A stretch of DNA of 64,000 bases from Candidatus Cloacimonadales bacterium (GTDB lineage Bacteria; Cloacimonadota; Cloacimonadia; Cloacimonadales; JAFGVF01). Of this stretch, positions 26,097 to 36,956 are shown one piece after another. The notes below the pieces were generated by a model, which saw only the letters and a program-made list of their open reading frames with translations, was not told the DNA's origin and did no database searches. The stretch is taken from contig CAXXOU010000001.1 of NCBI GenBank assembly GCA_963677495.2, forward strand, positions 480,001 through 544,000, written 5' to 3'. The position numbers and the translations under genes were made by a program. The first letter of the stretch is position 1; every line of letters starts with the position of its first letter.

Positions 26097-28511
26097 CTAT
26101 TTAACAAGCATCATTTTTTTCACTACAGACTCTGATTCGATAGTTAACTTGTAAAAGTATATCCCTGACGCCACTCTGTTTCCGTTATTATCTCTGCAGT
26201 TCCAGGTTACACTATAGGAATTTGATGATTTAGATTGTTCTAGTCCGGCATTCTTGATCATCTCTTCCCGACTCTTACCTACTTTTAATGTTCTAACTAA
26301 TTGCCCTTTTATATTATATATTGAGATTTCGGGTACTTCAGTTTGCTTATTAGGAAGTTGGAAATCTATGAATGTATATGGATTGGAGTGGGCTATGTCT
26401 ACAGGATTAGGATAGTTATAAAGCTTTATCTGGTTTGTGACTTGAGGTTGAGTTTCATCGTTGTTGGGAACACTGTTGTACTCATAGCAACCGATATCAA
26501 TAACACCATTCCAGATCCTAGCTGCTCCATCAAGATCAGTTGGTGGTATGCCTAATCCGAGTGTATCTGGAGTTCCTGCATCAATGCATAATGATGACGG
26601 ACTGAGTCGATAGTATTCGGGTGAATCATCTAAAACACTGTAATCTGTTCCTCCAAAAAACAAAGGATTGCCAAAAATATTATTACTTCCACAATTCAGA
26701 GTATTCCCATCAAATGTGTATATTGTATCAAGTCCATCTGCTATACAACAAAAATCTATATCAAGGATATGACAATTATTTTGTCCCTGTATCCCAAACT
26801 GTATTTCACGGTGAAGGTTAGGATTACTCAATATTGAATTTCTGATTAAAAAGTCACCATATAACACCACAACTTCATCAGCAGTATAATTATGAGCAAA
26901 TGTAGAGCTATTTATAATGCTTTGGTTTGCCCCATTAGCAATGTATATTGTATGGTCAGAACCCTCGCTGTTATATGCAGCATTATGAGCAATGAGAGAA
27001 TTGTTAATTATACATCTATTGTCATATTCTGGGTAATTCACATAGTTAAAAGTACGTCCTGTATAATCATAACAATTAATGATATAGGAATTATTCATGA
27101 TTAGATTACTATTTAAGAATACCAGTGGGATCAATCTATTAGTGCCATATGCTGTTAAGTCTTCGAAATGACAATTATCTATAATAATGCTAGAATCGTT
27201 TGTTAATAAACCATAAGTATTATAGTCTGAATTAATGTTAGTCATATCAACATTTATTAATTGGACATTATCGCAATGCATAGCGATAATGTTTCCTGCA
27301 TTTCTCATTGAGCAATTTGAGAATCTTACATTCTCAAACAATATGTCTTGGCTTTTCTCTACATTTATAAGACTCTTTGAGTCGAACATAAAACCGTTCA
27401 CAATAGATATATCTGTAAATGATATATTTTTCAATGAATCTAACAAGGTCATTCCACCACAGTTTTCGAGATCAATAATCGTACATTCCAATCCAGAGCC
27501 ACAAATGTTGATGTTTGATTTCATCCTAAAAGGAAAGTTTTGATTGTTTTCACTTCTTCTATAAATGCCAGGATTAATGTGGAGGGTTACACTCTCTGCT
27601 AAATCATCCACCATATTAACCGCTTTCGCTATACTCTGTATCGGTTCATTCACTGTTAGACCCGTATTATTGTTATCTCCTTGAGTAGACACAAAAATAT
27701 CTTGCGTAATATTGTTATACAATGCTTGGTTCAACACAATGTTTGCAGCTTCCATTTCATATGTCTTTATATAATACTCACTGTTCGAATTAGAAGATGA
27801 AGCAAAGTTTAGATAGACATTCAATGAATAGTTCTGTAAATGGTTGCAGTTACTAAAACAAAGATCCATTATTAAATTCGAGTAATTTCCATAAATACTA
27901 CACCTACTAAAACTATCAAACGTGACCTGTGAATCTAAGAAAGCAGCCCCTCCTACTCCATACAAAGCTTGATTCTCCATTATGGAAACATTACTTAGAA
28001 AAATATCAGTACCTGCATGCACATACAATCCACCTGCAACATATGAAACACATTCTGTAATCGTACAATCTAACAGTTCAAGGTTACTATTTGAGACATA
28101 AACTCCACCCCCATAAACTTGATTTATTGTTGGATGACTGTAGTTTGAATTGGATATCGTAAAGCCTTGTATTATTAAGTTAAAACAATCTTCTATGGAT
28201 GCTGTTGTTAATAGTTCAGTTCCTAGTATTCTTGTATTCTCAATATCTTCAGGATTGTCAGTTAAGTAATATGTGCTTTGCAATGAGATATTTTTACTAT
28301 AAATGCTAATGTTTTCGTGAAAAGTCCCCGGATGCACTAAAATAGTATCATTATCGACAGCAATATCAATTGCTTCTTGTATAGATGTGAAGTCATAATT
28401 CCCATCTGAAGAGACTTCATATGTAGTCGCTTTTGCAAAACATGTTAAAAGTAATGTAATACATCCCATTACGAATCTTTTATCTGTGCTAATCTGAGAA
28501 ATCAGTGGCAT
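26097..28511 (-). CDS. Secreted right-handed beta-helix (pectin-lyase-fold-like) protein with FlgD-Ig/T9SS-A-like CTD, paralogue 1
   Basis: FTSIQEAID..VHPGT, VSTQGDN, LCIDAGTPD..IDIGCYE, NYPNP..SGIYFYKL..KKMMLVK; likely start ATG 28511 after AAAGGAG. Confidence 0.8.
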   Translation of the reverse strand: MPLISQISTDKRFVMGCITLLLTCFAKATTYEVSSDGNYDFTSIQEAIDIAVDNDTILVHPGTFHENISIYSKNISLQSTYYLTDNPEDIENTRILGTELLTTASIEDCFNLIIQGFTISNSNYSHPTINQVYGGGVYVSNSNLELLDCTITECVSYVAGGLYVHAGTDIFLSNVSIMENQALYGVGGAAFLDSQVTFDSFSRCSIYGNYSNLIMDLCFSNCNHLQNYSLNVYLNFASSSNSNSEYYIKTYEMEAANIVLNQALYNNITQDIFVSTQGDNNNTGLTVNEPIQSIAKAVNMVDDLAESVTLHINPGIYRRSENNQNFPFRMKSNINICGSGLECTIIDLENCGGMTLLDSLKNISFTDISIVNGFMFDSKSLINVEKSQDILFENVRFSNCSMRNAGNIIAMHCDNVQLINVDMTNINSDYNTYGLLTNDSSIIIDNCHFEDLTAYGTNRLIPLVFLNSNLIMNNSYIINCYDYTGRTFNYVNYPEYDNRCIINNSLIAHNAAYNSEGSDHTIYIANGANQSIINSSTFAHNYTADEVVVLYGDFLIRNSILSNPNLHREIQFGIQGQNNCHILDIDFCCIADGLDTIYTFDGNTLNCGSNNIFGNPLFFGGTDYSVLDDSPEYYRLSPSSLCIDAGTPDTLGLGIPPTDLDGAARIWNGVIDIGCYEYNSVPNNDETQPQVTNQIKLYNYPNPVDIAHSNPYTFIDFQLPNKQTEVPEISIYNIKGQLVRTLKVGKSREEMIKNAGLEQSKSSNSYSVTWNCRDNNGNRVASGIYFYKLTIESESVVKKMMLVK

Positions 28512-28535
28512 TATAGCTCCTTTTGTTGAACAAAC

Positions 28536-28560
28536 GGGGCAGGAAGAAAATACCTGCCCC
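28536..28560 (-). terminator. Conserved intergenic hairpin, copy 1, weak U-tract
   Basis: GGGGCAGG-AAGAAAATA-CCTGCCCC; followed on minus strand by GTTTGTT. Confidence 0.6.
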
Positions 28561-28568
28561 ACACTTGC

Positions 28569-30992
28569 TTATTTAACAAGCATCATTTTTTTCACTACAG
28601 ACTCTGATTCGATAGTTAACTTGTAAAAGTATATCCCTGACGCCACTCTGTTTCCGTTGTTATCTCTGCAGTTCCAGGTTACACTATAGGAATTTGATGA
28701 TTTAGATTGCTCTAATCCGACATTCTTGATCATCTCTTCCCTACTTTTACCTACTTGTAATGTTCTGACTAATTGCCCTTTTATATTATATATTGAAATT
28801 TCAAGTGCTTCTGTCTGACGTTTAGGAAGTTGAAAGTCTATGAATGTATATGGATTGGAGTGTGATATGTCGACCGGGTTAGGATAATTATAAAGCTTTA
28901 TCTGGTTTGTGACTTGAGGTTGAGTGTTATCGTTGTTTGGAACAATGTTGTATTCATAGCAACCGATATCAATAACACCATTCCAGATTCTCGCTGCTCC
29001 ATCAAGATCAGTTGGTGGTATGCCTAAACCGAGTGTATCTGGAGTTCCTGCATCTATGCATAGTGATGAAACACCAAGACGGTAGTATTCGGGCATATCA
29101 TCAGTTAGATCTTGGTCACTTTCTCCCTCAAAATCGGGATTATACTCAATGTTACTAGCATCATAGTTAACTGAGTTACCACCTGTTGAGAAGATAGCAA
29201 ATCTCCCATTTTCAATGCAATTATTGTATGCATTGATAGCCTTATCCCCAATATGACTTAACCAAACGAAGTCAATCTCTGCATTACAACCTTGATTATA
29301 AAGTATACTATTTGTCAGTTCTAAATCACCATACACTTCAAGCATCTTTGAGCCATTATAGTTATTAGCAATTGTTGTATTAGATATTGAAATCGGATTT
29401 GAGGTATTCGAGAGATACATCAATGCAGGCCACCATCGTTCTGCTCCTGAGGAATTGTTAGCGACTAATGAGTTGTTTATAATACATCTGTTCTCAGGGT
29501 GTTCCTCATCCGAGCAGTACATAAAAATTTTCCCATCACCACAATAATTATTTGTAATCATTGTATTATTCATTACAAGGTCACAATCGGATAAATAGAT
29601 ACCTGTATAACTAGCATCGGGATCATCTGTTCTAATGTTATCTATTACGCAGTCGTTCAGTATTATTGAAGATTCTAGACCATATATAGCCTTTATATCG
29701 CAAGTATTTGATTCTGTATCATTTATTTCAACATTATTTAGCAGAACACCCCTAGAATAGGTTATTCTTACTCCGCATTTGCTTGAGATACAATTAGAGA
29801 TACTGACTTTATTTAACTTAATATTGTTGGAAAAAGATATCTAAATAGGCGGACTACTTGTATGCATATAGCCATTGATTATTCTAATATTAGACAGCAT
29901 GGTGTTTTGACTTTGCCAAAGCCAAGTTAGGAGACCATCTCCTTCAAGGTCTAAAACAACCTCTCCATTTCCAACAAGATTTATATAGCTTTTACATGCA
30001 AAGGGGAATATCTGTTGATTATTCGTAAATGAATAGGTTCCGGGAGAGATATAGATACTCCTTTGGTTCAAACTATCAGATGCTATTATATTCATTGCAT
30101 ATGCAATGGTTATTAAAGATTCATCTGGAGTCATACCACTGTTTGAATCATCTCCTTCTACTGAGATATATAGATCTGACTCAATGTGGTTAAAGTAGCT
30201 ATCCTCAGCACTAATGAGTACCTCGTTCATATTTACTGCTCTAAAATAATACTCATCAGGCTGGTTGATGTTTTGGGATACAAGTTCCAAAGATATATTC
30301 ATACAAAAGTTTTGAGACTCATTACAATCCATTACGAAAATATCCATTCCTCCACCCGCGTAGTTGTTGTATATGGAACATTTATTCTCATTATCGAACT
30401 GGATATAAGACTCTTCTATGCTCAATCCTCCACCATGATACAATGCAAGATTATTATAAACGTTTAAACCACTAACAAAAACTTCTGAGTTGTTACTAAC
30501 CATTAAACCCGACCCTCCTCTTGATATACTATTCAAGACTGAGCAGTTTAAGATATCTACATGAGAATCATCAACAAGAATGCCACCACCACTTACTTCA
30601 GGAAAGATATAAGCAGTTCTTAAGTAATTGTTCGATATTTTAAAACCTTGAATTGTTACACTTTCAGAATTTTCCACTCTTATAGCTGAATTGTCTGGAT
30701 CTCCACTAATGAATGTATTCTCAATATCTTCAGAATTGTCAGTTAGGTAATATGTGCTTTGCAATGAGATATTTTTACTATTAATACTGATGTTTTCATA
30801 ATAAGTTCCCGGATGCACTAGTATTGTATCATTATCGATAGCAATATCAATTGCTTCTTGTATAGATGTGAAGTCATAATTCCCATCTGAAGAGACTTCA
30901 TATGTAGTCGCTTTTGCAAAACATGTTAAAAGTAATGTAATGAATCCCATTACGAATCTTTTATCTGTGCTAATCTGAGAAATCAGTGACAT
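28569..30992 (-). pseudogene. Paralogue 2 of beta-helix CTD protein interrupted by one in-frame TAG at 29841-29843
   Basis: ORFs 29841-30992 and 28569-29573 share a frame; 29574-29840 translates open (ISFSNNIKLNKVSISNCISSKCG...YTGIYLSDCDLV) and aligns to paralogue 3. Confidence 0.8.
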
Positions 30993-31016
30993 TATAGCTC
31001 CTTTTGTTGAACAAAC

Positions 31017-31041
31017 GGGGCAGGAAGAAAATACCTGCCCC
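31017..31041 (-). terminator. Conserved intergenic hairpin, copy 2, weak U-tract
   Basis: Identical to 28536-28560. Confidence 0.6.
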
Positions 31042-31049
31042 ACACTTGC

Positions 31050-33473
31050 TTATTTAACAAGCATCATTTTTTTCACTACAGACTCTGATTCGATAGTTAA
31101 CTTGTAAAAGTATATCCCTGACGCCACTCTGTTTCCGGTATTATCTCTGCAGTTCCAGGTTACACTATAGAAATTTGATGATTTTGATTGCTCTAATCCG
31201 GCATTCTTGATCATCTCTTCCCGACTCTTACCTACTTTTAATGTTCTAACTAATTGCCCTTTTATATTATATATTGAGATTTCGGGTACTTCAGTTTGCT
31301 TATTAGGAAGTTGGAAATCTATGAATGTATATGGATTGGAGTGGGCTATGTCTACAGGATTAGGATAGTTATAAAGCTTTATCTGGTTTGTGACTTGAGG
31401 TTGAGTTTCATCGTTGTTGGGAACACTGTTGTACTCATAGCAACCGATATCAATAACACCATTCCAGATCCTCGCTGCTCCATCAAGATCAGTTGGTGGT
31501 ATGCCTAAACCGAGTGTATCGGGTGTACCGGCATCTATGCATAGTGATGAAGCACCAAGACGGTAGTATTCGGACATATCATCAGTTAGGTCCGGGTCTC
31601 TTTCTCCCTCAAAATCGGGATTAAACTCAATATTACTAGCATCATAATTTACAATGTTTCCTCCACTCGAGAAGATAGCAAAACGTCCCCCATCAATGCA
31701 GTTGTTATTCGCATTCAATGTTCTATTTCCAATTGGAGAAAATCCTGGAAAGCTTATCTCTGAGGGGCAACCCTGATTAAAAAAAATGTTGTTGTTAAGT
31801 TCCAAATCACCGTATACTTCGAGCATCTGTGAATTGTTGAAGTTGTTTGCAATCGTAGTATTAGATATTGTGATCGTATTTGAGGTATTTGAGATATCCA
31901 TCAATCCTGGCCACCATCGCTCTTCTCCTGAGGAATTATTTACGATTAATGAGTTGTTTATAATACATCTGTTCTCTGGATGCTCTTCATCTGAACAGTA
32001 CGTAAAAACTTTTCCATCAGCACAATAGTTATTTGTTATGATTGTGTTATTCATCACTATGTCACAATCAGATAAATAAATCCCTGTATAACTAGCATCA
32101 GGATTATCAGTTCCAATATTATCGATTACACAGTTATTCATGATTATTGATGAATCTCGACTAAATATTGCTTCTAAATCACAAGCATTTGACTCAGTAT
32201 TGTGAATTACTACATTGGTTAGTTCTATATATGTAGAATGGTAAATTTCTAATCCACAATTGCTTGAAATACAGTTTGAAATATTTACGTTTGAAACTAA
32301 AGTATTTTCTGCATAAGTTATAACTAACGGCGCATTACTCCCAAACATATTTCCATTAATAATCCTAATATTCATTATTCCAATATTCTGTGCGCAAATA
32401 ATCCAGCCAAATAAACCATCCCCCTCTAAATCAATTTGTACATTTTCTTCACCAATAACATCAATGTGTGATTTGAACCCGAATGGGAATATCTGTTGAT
32501 TTTCAGAAAATGAATAGGTTCCTGAAGCAACATAAATGTTTCTTTGATTTAAACTATCGGGGGATATTATGTTCATTGCATAAGCAATCGTTTTTAATGG
32601 TTCATCTGGGGTTATCCCACTATTTGCATCATTCCCATCAGGTGAAACATATAAATCTGTTTCAATATAATTCATACAGCTCTCTTCTGCATTAACAATT
32701 ACATCATTCATTCTGATTGATCTTATGTAGTAGTCATCAGGTATAAGCATATTATTTGAAACTAATTCAAGTGATAGATTTACATTAAAGTTTTGCTCTT
32801 CATTGCACTCAATAAGGCAAATATCCATGCCACCAGCAGAATAATTGCCAAACACTGAGCACTTATAATTATCATCAAAGACTATTGATGAGTATTCAAC
32901 ACAAACACCACCACCGTAAAATAAAGCATGATTATTATGAATTATTAGACCACTTAAAAAAACATCTGAATTGTTTCCAACCATTAATCCTGAACCTCCT
33001 CTTGAAATACAATTCACGATTGAGCAGTTAAAGATTTCTGCATTAGAATCATCAATAAAAATTCCTCCCCCACAAACCTCAGGGAAAACATGTGTTATTC
33101 TTAAATAATTATTCGATATTTTAAAACCTTGTATCGTAACATTATCAGAGCTTTCTACTCTAATAGCTGAATTGTTGAATAAACCACTTATAAATGTATT
33201 CTCAATATCTTCAGGATCCCCGCTTAACGAGTAAGTACTTACCAAACAAACACTCTTATCGTATATTGTAATGTTCTCATGATATGTTCCAGGATGAACT
33301 AAAACTGTATCATTATCGCTTGCATTATCAACAGCTTGCTGTATTGATGTAAAATCATGATTTCCACTTAGCGATACTTCATACATGGTCGCATTAGCTG
33401 AATACATTAGGAAATAGAATATGATACCTAATACAAACCTTTTTACCGAGCAATTCTTAGCATTTTGTGACAT
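31050..33473 (-). CDS. Secreted beta-helix protein with FlgD-Ig/T9SS-A-like CTD, paralogue 3
   Basis: Same architecture as paralogue 1; likely start ATG 33473 (MSQNAK) after TGGAG. Confidence 0.8.
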   Translation of the reverse strand: MSQNAKNCSVKRFVLGIIFYFLMYSANATMYEVSLSGNHDFTSIQQAVDNASDNDTVLVHPGTYHENITIYDKSVCLVSTYSLSGDPEDIENTFISGLFNNSAIRVESSDNVTIQGFKISNNYLRITHVFPEVCGGGIFIDDSNAEIFNCSIVNCISRGGSGLMVGNNSDVFLSGLIIHNNHALFYGGGVCVEYSSIVFDDNYKCSVFGNYSAGGMDICLIECNEEQNFNVNLSLELVSNNMLIPDDYYIRSIRMNDVIVNAEESCMNYIETDLYVSPDGNDANSGITPDEPLKTIAYAMNIISPDSLNQRNIYVASGTYSFSENQQIFPFGFKSHIDVIGEENVQIDLEGDGLFGWIICAQNIGIMNIRIINGNMFGSNAPLVITYAENTLVSNVNISNCISSNCGLEIYHSTYIELTNVVIHNTESNACDLEAIFSRDSSIIMNNCVIDNIGTDNPDASYTGIYLSDCDIVMNNTIITNNYCADGKVFTYCSDEEHPENRCIINNSLIVNNSSGEERWWPGLMDISNTSNTITISNTTIANNFNNSQMLEVYGDLELNNNIFFNQGCPSEISFPGFSPIGNRTLNANNNCIDGGRFAIFSSGGNIVNYDASNIEFNPDFEGERDPDLTDDMSEYYRLGASSLCIDAGTPDTLGLGIPPTDLDGAARIWNGVIDIGCYEYNSVPNNDETQPQVTNQIKLYNYPNPVDIAHSNPYTFIDFQLPNKQTEVPEISIYNIKGQLVRTLKVGKSREEMIKNAGLEQSKSSNFYSVTWNCRDNTGNRVASGIYFYKLTIESESVVKKMMLVK

Positions 33474-33486
33474 AGTAACTCCATTA

Positions 33487-33519
33487 GAAAAAACGGGGCA
33501 GGGAGAAAATACCTGCCCC
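33487..33519 (-). terminator. Conserved intergenic hairpin, copy 3, strong U-tract
   Basis: GGGGCAGG-GAGAAAATA-CCTGCCCC; followed on minus strand by GTTTTTTCT. Confidence 0.7.
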
Positions 33520-33527
33520 ACATCGTA

Positions 33528-36431
33528 CTATTTCAGAAGTAACATCTTTTCAGATAAGGTATCAAGGGGAGTAATGAGCTTGTAGAAATATACACCACTT
33601 GGAAGGTTCTTCCCATGCTTATCTTTACCATTCCATGTGATTTCATGTCTACCTTGCTCTTGATACTCATTAACCAATGTTGCTACTTTCTGTCCTCGAA
33701 TATTAAATACATCGAGGTTGACCTTATTCGCTTTTCCAAGCGAGTACATTATTGTTGTTGTTGGATTAAACGGATTAGGGTAATTTCCAAATAGCTTTGT
33801 TGGGACTATATCCACATCTTCACCATTATCCTCTAAATCAATGCCTATCTTATAGAAGTCTTCTTTTTCACTCAAGTCGATATGTCTATACTCATAATGG
33901 CCTGTTGCGTAATTCATGACTTTATAATCAGTAAATGACTTCGTCTTTTGTTTTGAAGGGAAATACATCCTGAATTCTAAATCATCCATTACAGGATCAT
34001 ATTCATTTAAGATATAAGCATTTAGTTGAACTTGATCGTCCTTAATCAGAGAAGCACCTTTACACTCATCGTTAACAAAGATGGCTATCTCAATCGGCAC
34101 TTCACCGTTCTCATACTCATCCAGGAAGATCTCAATGTAGATTGGGATGTAATCTTCTTGCTCTTCATATTCGAAGTGAGTTGTCATCTTTCTGTAATAT
34201 GGTTCTGAGAATTGTGGGTCATCAGGACCCCAGGAGAAATTGACATCATCACCAATATACTTTACAGAGACCATCTCTCCATAGTTTATCGCAATATCCC
34301 CTAGGTCTCCACCAATCTCCCAGTTATCTGTATAACCAATTGGAGTTTTAGCGTCCGGTGTCGCTATTGGAACTCGGGAAATGCACCAATCCTGAGCTTT
34401 TATCATGACAATATCATCAATTACATCATCTAATGCCTCGAAGGGTGACATACTCTGCTCAACATAGTATCCGAGCCAATACTCTTCAACCGAACTACCT
34501 GTATACTCAGGAAGATCAAGTCCAACATCAGGATTAATAGTTGAACCCATCTGGTGACCTGAATACTCAAGATGTAATGAGTTAACTCCATCCACCAGTT
34601 TAACTTTGTACCCGTAGTTGGATTTTGCAGTTACTCCAACCGGTTCCCAAATTTGTGCAGTTGTATTAAGTTTAAACACATCTTCATCATCAGGATATTT
34701 CCAACGAATCTCATCAATGAATTCTGCTTGTAGAGATACTATTTCCAGCCATCCCTGATCATCATACTCATCAAAGATATACTCGAAAGTTTTATCCATG
34801 CCAAGTGCCGGGAAGCAAATCCAGTTTATACCAGCAGTGAATTTCCTACGATTATTATCATGATAAGGATCATCGAAGTGAACAGCACCAACATCCATCC
34901 TGGTCATGTCGGGATCACAGTCATCAAGATCGAAGTCGGTTTCACCTTCAACCCAGAGATAACTATCCCCATCCAGATTCGGATGTCCCATATCAATACA
35001 TGGAGAGTATGTTGTTGTATTCCAGATTGGTTCATAGCTGGAGTCTAAGCAGGGATCACCACTATAGATCTTGGTAGTGGTAAGCGGATTAGTAGAACTT
35101 CCGGAAAAATCCCAGTCTCCAAGCGTGTTATTATTAAATAGTGAATAGTTGATTTCCAGACTTTCAGTTGAGAATTGACTTCCATCATCCCAATCAATGC
35201 CATAACCAGTGTTATTAGCAAATATATTGTTATTGATTACATAATCAGCTGCTCTATATAGAACAAGACCATTACCATCAATATTGATTAAGGTGTTGTT
35301 ATCAAATCTCAAATAGTCAGGATTACTAGGGAGTCCACCATAATAATGAAGGTAAAATCCGTAAGTTTCACAATTATCAATAACATTATTTCTGAAATCA
35401 AGCGATACACGTCCATTCTCATCAAAGAAATAAACTGCTCCGCAATCATAATCCTTGAATGTATTGCCTTTCATCACTACATCTGCATCACTATAGTGGA
35501 CAGGATGATCAAATTGATCTTTGTCTATCAAGTTAATACTTGAAGCCCAAGAATATGTGGTTGGTGCATTCGCTGTATGATAGAACTCACATTCGTTTAT
35601 AACAATATTATCCATATTGTCGCACCGTTTAACCATTATATCATGAGCCTTATGTTGACCATGATTATCCTCAAAAATACAATTATCAATTACTATGTCT
35701 CCTGAAGTATCTGCATTATATATAAGAATCGCCCCACCCATACTTGCAGATCCATTATTCTCCATACAGTAGTTATCAATAAAGCTACAGTTTAAAACAG
35801 ATGCAGGACCATATAAGGCTAGTCCGGCACCACCATTAATATCACCACCAAAGTTGTTGTTAAATTCACAGTTTTCGATTATTACTTGCTCAGTGTACCC
35901 TACAGCTCCATCAGCTAAGATACACACTCCCACTCCCTCCCAAACATCTATATTAAGATTGTTTGGAGCAGAGATTGAGTTGTTTAAGAATTTACAGTTT
36001 GTTATTGTTGGAGTAGCACCATTTACCAATGCTATACATGCTCCGTATAAGTAATGCTCACAGTTCTCAAACTGAAAACCGGAGATCAAGTCCTGATTGT
36101 TAATTCCAACACCTGAAAGGTAGATTGCATGATTTCCATCCGTTGTTAGTATTGCCGGGTTATTCGGATTAGTAACTAGATTTATATGTCTCCCGGTCCA
36201 CGTTAACTCGTTAACGATATATGTTCCGGCTAGAACTTCAACAGTTCCGCCATCATCTATCATATCCAATGCGCTTTGAATAGTTTGTACTTGTGATGGG
36301 ACAACGATGTAATCAATTGTCCTGCTATTTTTGCCACCCTCTAAGGTTACTTGCTCATTTTCAACGCTACACACATTTGACGCGAAAACAAGCATAACAA
36401 GGATGATTGTAATGTTTACATAATTCTTCAT
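33528..36431 (-). CDS. Secreted beta-helix protein with FlgD-Ig/T9SS-A-like CTD (divergent head of the tandem cluster)
   Basis: Signal peptide; TIQSALD..VLAGTY; NCxFxNN repeats; SPCIDMG..RMDVGA; GNYPNPFNPTT..SGVYFYKL..KMLLLK. Confidence 0.82.
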   Translation of the reverse strand: MKNYVNITIILVMLVFASNVCSVENEQVTLEGGKNSRTIDYIVVPSQVQTIQSALDMIDDGGTVEVLAGTYIVNELTWTGRHINLVTNPNNPAILTTDGNHAIYLSGVGINNQDLISGFQFENCEHYLYGACIALVNGATPTITNCKFLNNSISAPNNLNIDVWEGVGVCILADGAVGYTEQVIIENCEFNNNFGGDINGGAGLALYGPASVLNCSFIDNYCMENNGSASMGGAILIYNADTSGDIVIDNCIFEDNHGQHKAHDIMVKRCDNMDNIVINECEFYHTANAPTTYSWASSINLIDKDQFDHPVHYSDADVVMKGNTFKDYDCGAVYFFDENGRVSLDFRNNVIDNCETYGFYLHYYGGLPSNPDYLRFDNNTLINIDGNGLVLYRAADYVINNNIFANNTGYGIDWDDGSQFSTESLEINYSLFNNNTLGDWDFSGSSTNPLTTTKIYSGDPCLDSSYEPIWNTTTYSPCIDMGHPNLDGDSYLWVEGETDFDLDDCDPDMTRMDVGAVHFDDPYHDNNRRKFTAGINWICFPALGMDKTFEYIFDEYDDQGWLEIVSLQAEFIDEIRWKYPDDEDVFKLNTTAQIWEPVGVTAKSNYGYKVKLVDGVNSLHLEYSGHQMGSTINPDVGLDLPEYTGSSVEEYWLGYYVEQSMSPFEALDDVIDDIVMIKAQDWCISRVPIATPDAKTPIGYTDNWEIGGDLGDIAINYGEMVSVKYIGDDVNFSWGPDDPQFSEPYYRKMTTHFEYEEQEDYIPIYIEIFLDEYENGEVPIEIAIFVNDECKGASLIKDDQVQLNAYILNEYDPVMDDLEFRMYFPSKQKTKSFTDYKVMNYATGHYEYRHIDLSEKEDFYKIGIDLEDNGEDVDIVPTKLFGNYPNPFNPTTTIMYSLGKANKVNLDVFNIRGQKVATLVNEYQEQGRHEITWNGKDKHGKNLPSGVYFYKLITPLDTLSEKMLLLK

Positions 36432-36820
36432 TACGTACTCCTAATTCACCATGGCTTTCTTTATTTAGTCCAGACCCTTTAATTCTAACACAACATTATT
36501 TCGACATTAAATCCTGTCAATGACTTTTTAATTTTTTATATTTTATATTCAATACATTTCATGTTAGATATTATTGCTATTTGTAAATATTTGCTATATC
36601 GAGCTATTACATAGATTAGTACTGGAATTTTATTACTCAATATCTCCCTTATCATTCATAAAAAAGGTTACTAGAAACGATTTCAAAGTGGTCTTCAGTA
36701 CATAATCACTAACTTGTTTAGCCACACTTAACGGTCTAATAACCTTCTTGAATTGCAATAAGTCATTGTGTAATACACTGCCTAGATGCATGTCTATGCT
36801 GAAACAATATTAAAAAGTAA

Positions 36821-36849
36821 TTGACACACACTTTTCTAAGTATTAGATT
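36821..36849 (+). promoter_or_regulatory. Putative sigma70 promoter for the 1799-aa gene
   Basis: TTGACA-17 bp-TAGATT, ~110 bp upstream of AGGAGG/ATG. Confidence 0.5.
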
Positions 36850-36956
36850 TGCATCGGTTAGTTAGAATTGGTAGAATAGAAGCATGCATAGGGAGATTCA
36901 ATCCACTTGAATATTATGCATTTAATCAGAAACACTTCTAGTTCTAGGAGGTTCTA

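Noticed and set aside
28512..28562. MGQVFSSCPV... N-terminal extensions in the ORF track (also 31043 and 33521)
   Set aside because: They come from a GTG at the edge of the intergenic hairpin; RBS-supported ATGs lie at 28511, 30992 and 33473
26097..33473. Diversity-generating retroelement (TR/VR pairs)
   Set aside because: No reverse transcriptase; differences between repeated 3' ends are not adenine-specific and all copies are coding
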